NCBI GenBank assembly: GCA_963705505.1
Contig: CAVPJU010000003.1
Coordinates: forward strand, 96,001 to 160,000
Direction: 5' to 3'
DNA: 64,000 nt
Origin: an uncultured bacterium
Lineage (GTDB): Bacteria; Desulfobacterota_D; UBA1144; Nemesobacterales; UBA2774
The position numbers were made by a program, and so were the translations under genes. The notes below the pieces were generated by a model, which made no database searches, was not told where the DNA came from, and saw only the letters and a list, made by a program, of their open reading frames with translations. Shown here in pieces: positions 1 to 8,406 of the stretch. The number at the start of each line of letters is the position of its first letter. Position 1 is the stretch's first letter.

Positions 1-214
1 GGCGTTTTCCGTAAACTGCGCGCACCTGGGATGTCCCGTCAGGTGGATAGCAGGCGCCAAGCTCTTCATGTGCCCCTGTCACGGCGGGGTTTATTACGAA
101 GACGGCTCAGTCGCTGCGGGACCTCCGCCGAGGGGCCTGTATCAATACCCGGTAAGGGTAAACAAGGGACAGGTGGAACTACTCGCAAGCCCTATACCGA
201 TCACGACCGCATGA
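1..214 (+). CDS. Rieske [2Fe-2S] subunit of cytochrome bc complex (5'-partial)
   Basis: Frame from nt 2 (absent from the ORF track) reads AFSVNCAHLGCPV...FMCPCHGGVY...GPPPRGL, both Rieske boxes; TGA at 212-214; directly upstream of cytochrome b. Confidence 0.92.
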   Translation, partial: AFSVNCAHLGCPVRWIAGAKLFMCPCHGGVYYEDGSVAAGPPPRGLYQYPVRVNKGQVELLASPIPITTA

Positions 215-263
215 TTATTTTATCGATCGCAACGAGAATAAACTTGAAGACGGAGTACTGCAG

Positions 264-1667
264 ATGAATTTCCTGAGACGCGCATGGCTCTGGTTTGATG
301 ACCGCACAGGTCTCGCGGACGCCCTGGGGCCGATAGCCAGACACGCCGTCCCCCCGAATACCGCCACGTGGTTCTACGTCTTCGGGAGCGCAACGCTCTT
401 TGCCTTCATTCTCCAGGTGGCAACGGGCGTAACACTCGCATTCATATACGTCCCCTCATCGGGCGAGGCATACCAGAGTCTCCAGTTCATAACTCATCAG
501 ACGACTTTCGGCAGAATAGTGAGGGGCATGCATAACTGGGGGGCGTCCGCGATGATACTCCTGGTCGGCATACACATGATACAGGTCTATCTGACCGCCG
601 CATACAAGTTCCCGCGGGAAATGAACTGGATATCGGGAGTCGTGCTCCTTGCCCTTACCATAGTCATGGGTTTTACGGGGCAGGTGATAAGGTGGGACCA
701 GACGGCCGTGTGGTCCACGATAGTCGCAGCAGAGCAGGCAGGCCGTGTCCCTCTCGTAGGAGACTGGCTCGCCGACTTTATAATCGGAGGCAATACCCTG
801 GGCGGAACGACGCTGAGCCGAATGTTCGCCTACCATGTATTTCTTATCCCGGCGCTGCTTTTCGTCTTTATAGGCTTTCACCTTTACCTCGTCATCAAAA
901 ACGGGATATCGGAGTTCCCGAGGGCGGGCGATCCGGTAGACCCCGCGACCTACAGGGAGAAATACGAAGCAATGGTCAGGAGCCGGGGCATTCCGTTCTG
1001 GCCCGATGCCGCATGGAAGGACATGGTATTCGGCTTCATAGTTATTTGTACCATACTTGTTATCGCCGTAGTAATAGGGCCTCCCGACCTGGGCCCCCCT
1101 CCTAACCCCTCGGATATCCATGCGCTTCCGGTGCCCGACTGGTACTTCATATTCTATTTCGCATTCCTGGCGCTCATGCCGCCTGCGCTGGAAACGTATC
1201 TCATGGTGTTCGGCCCGCTCCTGGTCGGACTCCTCCTCTTCTGCCTCCCGTTCATCTCGAACAGGGGGGAGAGAAGCCCGCTCCGCCGCCCGTGGGCGGT
1301 CGCCATCGTAGCGCTTGTCATCGCGACGATATCGGGCCTGTGGGCAATCGGTATCACGTCCCCGTGGTCGCCCCACTTCGACGCGGAGCCGATTACGGCG
1401 GAAATAATAGGCGCCGACAGCGGACCGCTCTACAGCGGCGGGATGGATTTCAACGACAAAGGGTGCCTCTACTGCCACAGCATTTCGGGTCACGGCGGAC
1501 AAAGGGGGCCCGACCTCACCTATGTCGGGGACAGGTTAAACGCAAACGAGCTGACGTGGCGGATTATGAACGGCGGGCTCAATATGCCCGGCTTCGGGGG
1601 AACGATCACGAATAAGGAGCTCAGCGACCTGGTAGAATTTCTGGCTTCCAGGAAAAAGGAAAAATAG
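264..1667 (+). CDS. Cytochrome b (N- and C-terminal domains) fused to a C-terminal monoheme cytochrome c
   Basis: Heme His motifs (RGMHNWGAS, GIHMIQVY, YHVF...FHLY), Qo-site PDWY variant of PEWY, C-terminal CLYCH...MPGF. Confidence 0.92.
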   Translation: MNFLRRAWLWFDDRTGLADALGPIARHAVPPNTATWFYVFGSATLFAFILQVATGVTLAFIYVPSSGEAYQSLQFITHQTTFGRIVRGMHNWGASAMILLVGIHMIQVYLTAAYKFPREMNWISGVVLLALTIVMGFTGQVIRWDQTAVWSTIVAAEQAGRVPLVGDWLADFIIGGNTLGGTTLSRMFAYHVFLIPALLFVFIGFHLYLVIKNGISEFPRAGDPVDPATYREKYEAMVRSRGIPFWPDAAWKDMVFGFIVICTILVIAVVIGPPDLGPPPNPSDIHALPVPDWYFIFYFAFLALMPPALETYLMVFGPLLVGLLLFCLPFISNRGERSPLRRPWAVAIVALVIATISGLWAIGITSPWSPHFDAEPITAEIIGADSGPLYSGGMDFNDKGCLYCHSISGHGGQRGPDLTYVGDRLNANELTWRIMNGGLNMPGFGGTITNKELSDLVEFLASRKKEK

Positions 1668-2978
1668 TCAGCGCTTGTCTCCGGTCGGAGCCTGGCGGGG
1701 CCTCATAAGGAATTTAAGCTGCACTATGTCCTTCGGAAGGAATATGTCGAGGAACCAGTCTATAGCGACCCTTATCTTCCTGTCCCATCCGGGAAGCTTC
1801 CCGAGATAAATACAGCGCCAGAGCGCCCATGCGAAAAATCCCGAGAATTTAAGCCCCTTGATCTCAGCGACCGCGGACCTGTGGCCGAGCGGAGCCAGCA
1901 TACCCTGTGTCTTGTACACGAAGGGTCTCCTGTCGCCCTCCTTCCTGTTTATCGCAGCTGCAATATTATGGGCGGTCTGCTTCCCTTCGCGGGTCGCATG
2001 CTGAGCCGTCGGCGGATAAGGCTTTCCCGAATGCGGGTCGGGAATTACAGCGCAGTCCCCCATGGCCCAGACTCCGGGGTATCCGGGGACTTCCATATAC
2101 TCGCTAACCTCCACCCTCCCCTTTTTGTCCGCGCACGGGAGAGAGGCAATAACAGGCTGGGGAGATGTGCCGGCTGCCCATATGGCGGTATGCGTTTCGA
2201 TCTTTCCTCCGTCAGCCGTCTCCACGGAATCCGGGGTGACTTTCGATATCCTCGTATTCAGACGGAATTCCATGCCCCGTTTCTTGAGGAGGGCCGTACC
2301 GTAATCGGCGAGCCCCTCGCTCATTTCGTGCATGATCCTGTCACCGGGATCGATGACGATCACTTTGACCTCGTCGGATTTGACGTTCTTATAAAACCTC
2401 CTGCTGGCATCGACGTAATCGTTGAGCTCGGCTGCGACTTCTATGCCGGTATAGCCCCCGCCCACGACAGCGAATGTGAGGAGCCTTCTCCTCACATCGT
2501 GCTCCTGCTCGAGGTCCGCCATCTCGAACATATCGATCACGTGACTCCGGAGCACCATCGCATCGGAGAGGTTTTTGAGCGGGAACGAGTACTCCTCAGC
2601 CCCTTCGACCCCGTGAAACCCGGTTATTGATCCCAGAGCCAGCACGAGGTAGTCGTATCCGAGCATGAATTTTTCGTCGGTGTCCGGGCGGTAGAACGAG
2701 ACCGTTTTTTTGTCGAGGTCGATAGAGTCCGCTATGAGCTCTTTGAATGTGGCTTTACTCAGACACTCCCTGAGCGGAATGACGACGTGCTTGGCCTCGA
2801 TACTGCTCGATACGACCTCGGCCAGCATCGAGGTGAAAATAAGATAGTTATCCTGACTCGCGAGGGTTATCTCCACGTCGTCTCTGTGTTTGAAAATTTT
2901 TTCGAGGCTTTGGGCGACCTCAAGACCTGCAAATCCGCCGCCCAGAATAAGTACGCGGTTAGTAACGGTATCGGGCAT
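1668..2978 (-). CDS. ndh: Type II NADH dehydrogenase-like FAD oxidoreductase
   Basis: GGGFAG FAD motif, VVGGGYTGIE NAD motif, WAAG, GDCA, PPTAQHATREG. Confidence 0.85.
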   Translation of the reverse strand: MPDTVTNRVLILGGGFAGLEVAQSLEKIFKHRDDVEITLASQDNYLIFTSMLAEVVSSSIEAKHVVIPLRECLSKATFKELIADSIDLDKKTVSFYRPDTDEKFMLGYDYLVLALGSITGFHGVEGAEEYSFPLKNLSDAMVLRSHVIDMFEMADLEQEHDVRRRLLTFAVVGGGYTGIEVAAELNDYVDASRRFYKNVKSDEVKVIVIDPGDRIMHEMSEGLADYGTALLKKRGMEFRLNTRISKVTPDSVETADGGKIETHTAIWAAGTSPQPVIASLPCADKKGRVEVSEYMEVPGYPGVWAMGDCAVIPDPHSGKPYPPTAQHATREGKQTAHNIAAAINRKEGDRRPFVYKTQGMLAPLGHRSAVAEIKGLKFSGFFAWALWRCIYLGKLPGWDRKIRVAIDWFLDIFLPKDIVQLKFLMRPRQAPTGDKR

Positions 2979-3192
2979 CCGACTCAGTCCTCCTCATTGG
3001 TTCATGCGATCGGCAGACGGCAGGACTACTCCGCCCGCAAGAAATGTAGTAATCATTGTCGCATGAACAACGGCTATGTGTCAACAAAATGCCGGGACTG
3101 CCCGCTCGTTCCCGGGAGGATAACGGCATAAATCTCATCCGGGCCGATTTTCCGGTATCAGAAAATTACATCGTGGAGTTTGGTGCTGTTTA

Positions 3193-4755
3193 TTAGTTGG
3201 ATTTTTCCTTTTGCATCTCCTTTTCAACTCTGAGCGCGGCATAAATTGTAGTATCGCCCCTCTTCACGAGGAAAAGCATCGTACCGCCGGGCTTGCCCTG
3301 GGAAATTGCCGACGTGTAATCCTTAAGACTCGTTATATGGTTCTTGTCGATCTCGAGGATCACGTCGCCCGGCCTTAACCCCGCGTCCTCCGCTGCGCTG
3401 CCCTCCGCTACGTCTGCAATTATCACACCCTTATCGACTTCGAGGTTGAACCTCTTGACGATCTGGGGGTTAAGCTCTTTCACGCTGAGACCGAGCTGCT
3501 CTTCCACTTTTTCCTGTACTTCCGCCGGGACTTCCTCTTCCGGAAACTCGGTGAGCTTTACGGTTACGTCTTTCGTCTTCCCGTCGTGTATCAGTGTCAT
3601 GGCCACCTCAGTGCCCGGCTCTGTCACGGCCGCCATGGTCGTGAGGTCCGTCACTTCGTCAACCTTTTTGCCCTCGTATTCGATTATGACATCGCCCCGC
3701 GATATACCGGCTTTCTCTGCCGGGCTTCCGGGAGTAACGTCGCTTACGAGCACCCCTTCCCCTTCTTTCAGATTCAGGCCGGAAGCGATCTCAGGGGTGA
3801 GTTTCTGTACATAAACTCCGAGCCATCCCCGCACCACTTTACCCCCCGCTTTGAGCTGATCTATCACGAACTGGGCCATGGTTATAGGTATCGCAAACCC
3901 GATCCCCTGCCCTTGAGCCACTATAGCGGTGTTCACTCCCACGACCTCACCGTTCAGATTAAAAAGAGGCCCGCCGCTGTTGCCGGGGTTGAGCGATGCG
4001 TCCGTCTGTATAAAATCATCGTAAGCGCCGAGCCCCAGTGACCTGCCCTTGGCGCTGACAATGCCCGCCGTAACCGTGTACCCAAGCCCGAACGGGTTCC
4101 CGATGGCCAGCACCCAGTCGCCTATCCTGAGCTCGTCCGAATTGCCGAAGCTCACCGCGTGGAGCTTCCCCGAGGGCTGGAATTTCACTACCGCGATATC
4201 GGTCTTAGGGTCCTTGCCCACGACCTTAGCCTCGTATTTGTCCCCGTTTTCCAGTATTACGCTTATGTCGTCAGCCTTTTCCACCACATGATAGTTCGTT
4301 ACTACATAGCCGTCTTCGCTGATTATAAAACCGGAGCCGAGACCCTGGCGCTTGTATTCTTGCTGCGGAGCGCCTTCGAAGAACTTCTTGAAGAACTCCT
4401 CAAAGGGGTCGTTCTCACCGAAAGGTGACCTCGGCATCCTTTCCTGAAAGCTCCTCGGCTTAACGACGCTCGTCGTGCTGATGTTGACGACGGAGGGTTT
4501 GAGCTTCTCTACGAGATCGGCAAAGGAGGGAAACTCGTGCGTCCTTATATCCCTCACAGTGCCAGTGCTAGTGCCAGTACCATTACCGGTCCCTGTATCG
4601 GCTCTTTCTTTTTGAGGGGGTGCAACCTTTTCGGATTGCTCATTCTTTGCCGGGCCCTTGTGCTGGACCTTCGGGCCCTCCGGCTTTTCACACCCTATAT
4701 TTATGACGGCAACTAAGAATGGGATTATAAATAGTAATGCTGACGACCGCTTCAT
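3193..4755 (-). CDS. degP: Do/DegP-family periplasmic serine protease with two PDZ domains
   Basis: GSGFII, TNYHVV, DIAV, GNSGGPL catalytic motifs, two PDZ domains; start placed at MKRSS with lipobox-like INIGC. Confidence 0.9.
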   Translation of the reverse strand: MKRSSALLFIIPFLVAVINIGCEKPEGPKVQHKGPAKNEQSEKVAPPQKERADTGTGNGTGTSTGTVRDIRTHEFPSFADLVEKLKPSVVNISTTSVVKPRSFQERMPRSPFGENDPFEEFFKKFFEGAPQQEYKRQGLGSGFIISEDGYVVTNYHVVEKADDISVILENGDKYEAKVVGKDPKTDIAVVKFQPSGKLHAVSFGNSDELRIGDWVLAIGNPFGLGYTVTAGIVSAKGRSLGLGAYDDFIQTDASLNPGNSGGPLFNLNGEVVGVNTAIVAQGQGIGFAIPITMAQFVIDQLKAGGKVVRGWLGVYVQKLTPEIASGLNLKEGEGVLVSDVTPGSPAEKAGISRGDVIIEYEGKKVDEVTDLTTMAAVTEPGTEVAMTLIHDGKTKDVTVKLTEFPEEEVPAEVQEKVEEQLGLSVKELNPQIVKRFNLEVDKGVIIADVAEGSAAEDAGLRPGDVILEIDKNHITSLKDYTSAISQGKPGGTMLFLVKRGDTTIYAALRVEKEMQKEKSN

Positions 4756-5109
4756 AAACGCCTCCTGGACTCTCTCAACTGATAGAAATAATATAGCCAG
4801 CAAAAACCCATAGGCAAGGAAAATAATTCGACCCGCCGGCGAATCTCTCTTATCGGGAGGAAATCGGCTCCCCTGGATATGTGAATGTCAGGTCCGATAA
4901 CGAGTGCCGGCGAACCGCAATTTTATTCTAATATCCGTGAGGTATTATGAAACTGGAAGGACCAAAACCTCGTATATACAAACGTGACCGGATACGAGCT
5001 CTCGCCAAGTTTGAAAAACGTCGTGTGAACATACGGATGCTCCAATCGGGCTTAAGCCTCGTAATATGCTTTAAGCAGGGGGCGGGTTACGGAATACAAG
5101 AGAGAAATA

Positions 5110-5838
5110 ATGGGCAGAAAAGAGGCTGTACGTAAATCGGTCGCTGATAATGGTGAGACGAGCTCCGGAGCCGGGCGAATTCCCCCCGACTACCAATCGC
5201 TCACAGACGAGAAGCTCGCGAGCCTCTATGCGAACGGGAGAGACGGAGAGGCATTTAACAGGATCGCCGCAAAATACAGTGATATAGTCCTCGGGTTCGC
5301 GTTAAAGATGATGAGAGACCCCCATGACGCAGAAGAAGTGAGACAGGACGTCTTCATGTCGCTTTTGGAAAATATGGGGAGTTTCAAAGGGAATTCCAGG
5401 TTTTCTACATGGCTCTATAAAATCACCTTGAATACCTGTTACATGAAGCTTAATAAAAGAAGGAGAATGACCCGGAACGAGGTGCCGATCGATACCCTTG
5501 ACATGGCCGCGGACGCGGCTGCGGCAAGACTTTGCGGGGAGAAAAGACCGGACGAATTAGCCATATACAGGGAAATAATGGAATCGATCGGGGACGCCGT
5601 CCGAGAATTACCCAAGAGGAACAGGATCGTATTCACGCTGCGGGACATAAAGGGTTTTTCCAATGCGGAGACCGGGGAGATGCTCGGGATGTCGGAATCC
5701 GCAGTTAAATCGCGGATATTGAGGTCGAGGCTCTTCATACGGGAAAGGGTTTCAGCCCGCTTCCGTGAGAGGAATGTTCGCTGTATCCGGGGACACCGCT
5801 TACCGGATACCTCCCGGAACCGTCCGAACGCAGCATAA
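5110..5838 (+). CDS. ECF sigma-70 factor
   Basis: DAEEVRQDVF, FKGNSRFSTWLYKI (region 2); FSNAETGEMLGMSESAVKSRILRSR (region 4). Confidence 0.85.
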   Translation: MGRKEAVRKSVADNGETSSGAGRIPPDYQSLTDEKLASLYANGRDGEAFNRIAAKYSDIVLGFALKMMRDPHDAEEVRQDVFMSLLENMGSFKGNSRFSTWLYKITLNTCYMKLNKRRRMTRNEVPIDTLDMAADAAAARLCGEKRPDELAIYREIMESIGDAVRELPKRNRIVFTLRDIKGFSNAETGEMLGMSESAVKSRILRSRLFIRERVSARFRERNVRCIRGHRLPDTSRNRPNAA

Positions 5839-5984
5839 ATAAAAGCAGATACGGTGAGCGGATGATCTTTGCAGCCTGACTTCGTCCCGAGAATCGATTA
5901 ACGAAAGCTTTAATGATTAAACTCAGAAAAATATAAATAAAAGCGGACGGATATTAGAGATGAACTTCGGATCCAGACCATCGA

Positions 5985-6012
5985 TTGACAAGACCCCCGG
6001 ATTAAATACAAT
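5985..6012 (+). promoter_or_regulatory. Putative sigma-70 promoter of the second ECF sigma gene
   Basis: TTGACA (5985-5990), 16-bp spacer, TACAAT (6007-6012); favours ATG 6041 as the real start. Confidence 0.45.
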
Positions 6013-6040
6013 GGTTGCAAGGCCGAAAAATTTTTCACAT

Positions 6041-6613
6041 ATGGACAAAAGTTCAGTCCCAAGCGCGGACCAGATATTAATAGATCGCATCAAGGACGGT
6101 GACAAATCCGCCTTCAGGGATATTTATGCACGTTTTTCCCAGGTCGTCTTTAACCTTGCGTTCAGGATGCTGAGGAGCAGGGAAGAGGCGGAAGAAGTCG
6201 TACAGGAAATATTCCTTCAGCTATGGAACAAGGCAGAGTCGTACGATCCCGAAAGGGGAGCCGTATCGACATGGATAATCAACATAGCCCGGAGCAGATC
6301 GATCGATAAGCTCAGGACTTTGGGGTTCAGAGAGCAAACTACGGAATTAAATGAAGAGAGAGTGAACTCAAAATCCGATTTCTCTCGTATAATAGAGGAC
6401 AGGGAGGAAAGGAAAAAGATTATTCAGCAGGCCCTCGACTCTCTTCCCGATAACCAGAGAATCGCCATAGAAATGGTTTTCTTCGAAGGACTAACGCACA
6501 TGGAAACGGCGGAAAGGCTGAAGGAACCCGTAGGCACGATTAAGACCCGGATCAGGCTGGGAGTAGCGAAGCTGAAGGAGAAGATTTCACCTTATATCGA
6601 GGATTTGATTTAG
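6041..6613 (+). CDS. ECF sigma factor, SigK-like
   Basis: EAEEVVQEIFLQLW, YDPERGAVSTWIINIARSRSID, GTIKTRIRLG; abuts an RskA-type anti-sigma gene. Alternative starts at 5960 and 6011. Confidence 0.88.
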   Translation: MDKSSVPSADQILIDRIKDGDKSAFRDIYARFSQVVFNLAFRMLRSREEAEEVVQEIFLQLWNKAESYDPERGAVSTWIINIARSRSIDKLRTLGFREQTTELNEERVNSKSDFSRIIEDREERKKIIQQALDSLPDNQRIAIEMVFFEGLTHMETAERLKEPVGTIKTRIRLGVAKLKEKISPYIEDLI

Positions 6614-7387
6614 ATGGCTCATAAACCGGAGTACGAAGACCAGATAGCGCTTTACTCGCTCGGCCTCCTCGAGGGTGAGGAGCTGAGAGAGATAGAGGAC
6701 CATATCGCGGAAGGGTGCGTTATATGCACGGGTTTGCTTAAAGACAGCGATACGGTTTTTACGAGCTTACCGTTCTGCCTCGATGACGAACCCCTATCGA
6801 AAGACGTGGAGAAAATAATATTCGAGGGTCTTGCGGACAGGAAACCGCAGCGGGAAAGAACGCCCCTCTTTAATTTCTGGAAGAATTTAAGCCCGGTCTG
6901 GCTTAACCTCGGTACCGCCGTCTCGCTCGCGCTTATAATTTTCCTCGTCGTCTCCAACATATCCCTCAGGAACAGGCTCCAGCTCCAGGAAACGAACCTG
7001 AGCGAGCTTGAGGCAAAGCTCGTCAAGGATAAGGAAATGATGGCGTACGTTACCAATCCGAACGTGGACCTTGTTAACCTCGGCAGCAAGATGCCGGATA
7101 TGGATGCATCGGGAAAACTGCTTTGGGACAAGGACACCGACAAGGGGCTCTTCCTCGTGTCGAACATACCAGTCCCCGACAAAGGGAAAACGTATCAGCT
7201 CTGGGCGATCGAGGACGGAAAGCCGGTAAGCATGGGCGTATTCGATGTGGACAAAGAAGGGAAATGCATGATGGAAATAAAATTGATGCCCGAGCCGGCC
7301 CGGCCCATGCAGTTCGCGGTGACACTCGAGCCCGCGGGCGGGATGCCCCAGCCGACGGGCGAAATGTACCTCTACGGCTCACTATGA
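6614..7387 (+). CDS. Anti-sigma factor, RskA type with N-terminal ZAS-like motif
   Basis: N-terminal HIAEGCVIC, one TM helix, C-terminal YQLWAI...FAVTLEPAGGMPQPTG. Confidence 0.85.
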   Translation: MAHKPEYEDQIALYSLGLLEGEELREIEDHIAEGCVICTGLLKDSDTVFTSLPFCLDDEPLSKDVEKIIFEGLADRKPQRERTPLFNFWKNLSPVWLNLGTAVSLALIIFLVVSNISLRNRLQLQETNLSELEAKLVKDKEMMAYVTNPNVDLVNLGSKMPDMDASGKLLWDKDTDKGLFLVSNIPVPDKGKTYQLWAIEDGKPVSMGVFDVDKEGKCMMEIKLMPEPARPMQFAVTLEPAGGMPQPTGEMYLYGSL

Positions 7388-7536
7388 TAATTCCTTTACC
7401 GCACGGACACGCGGTCCGCTTGAAATCCTGACAGCAGAATCATTCAGTAAATTTCGACTGCGCCGGGAATATAAGAATCCATAGACGGCTCATAAGCGTA
7501 TATCCCTTATATATTTTCTGGGCATCTATAAAACAA

Positions 7537-8373
7537 ATGAAAACGAATACCGGATTTGGAATGATTTTCGAATTAAGCCTTCCCGCGGTTTGCTTGCTAT
7601 TTTTTATCGCTTTTGTCATTAATGCATCGGCAGAGACGTTTGACCGGTCTCAGCAATTATACGCTGATGTGCTTTCTCGCCATGTGAAAGACGGCCTCGT
7701 CGATTACAGCAGCCTCAAATCGAATCCCGGCGGCTTGAATAAATACCTCGGACAAACGGCGCTCGTAAGCAGGAAGGAATTCGATAGCTGGACGAGGGAC
7801 GAACAGCTCGCATTCCTCATAAATCTCTACAACGCCCGGACTATCCGGTTGATAATAGATAATTACCCCGTTAAAAGTATCAGGGACATAGGAAGCGGCG
7901 CGAAAGGGCCGTGGGAAGAACCGATAGTACCTCTCTTCGGCGAAATCATTACGCTGAACACTCTTGAAAACAGCATGATACGAAAAAATTATAACGACCC
8001 CAGGATACACTTTGCACTCGTCTGCGCGGCTAAAGGATGCCCTCCCCTGCTCGGCGAACCTTACACCGCCGAGAATTTAAATAATCAGCTCGAGGCCCAA
8101 ACGCAAAAGTTCCTCGCCGATTCGGCAAAGAATTCCATCGACTTAAAAAATAAAATCATACGCCTTTCCCCCATTTTCAACTGGTATATGTCCGACTTTT
8201 CGAGAACAGCAGGGTCGGTACAAAACTTCATAAAACTTTATTACTTAAACATTCCCATAGAAGAATTTAAAATAGAATATACGGACTATGACTGGTCGTT
8301 GAACGATTTATCCGGGGGAGGGAAATCGATGCCTCACGCGGAATTATACGTAAGACCACAGAAGAATTGCTGA
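7537..8373 (+). CDS. DUF547 domain secreted protein
   Basis: Signal peptide; QLAFLINLYNA, DPRIHFALVCAAKGCPPL, LSPIFNWY, YDWSLN. Confidence 0.85.
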   Translation: MKTNTGFGMIFELSLPAVCLLFFIAFVINASAETFDRSQQLYADVLSRHVKDGLVDYSSLKSNPGGLNKYLGQTALVSRKEFDSWTRDEQLAFLINLYNARTIRLIIDNYPVKSIRDIGSGAKGPWEEPIVPLFGEIITLNTLENSMIRKNYNDPRIHFALVCAAKGCPPLLGEPYTAENLNNQLEAQTQKFLADSAKNSIDLKNKIIRLSPIFNWYMSDFSRTAGSVQNFIKLYYLNIPIEEFKIEYTDYDWSLNDLSGGGKSMPHAELYVRPQKNC

Positions 8374-8406
8374 AGCGCTTATACGAAAGCTCGACCGGAG
8401 GACTAT

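Noticed and set aside
31..267. 78-aa ORF in the track
   Set aside because: Alternative frame over the Rieske gene, whose motifs are in the frame starting at nt 2.
456..1502. Long antisense ORFs (e.g. 456-1502, 9877-10803, 14705-15469, 45306-46061)
   Set aside because: Shadow frames opposite well-supported genes, with no motifs of their own.
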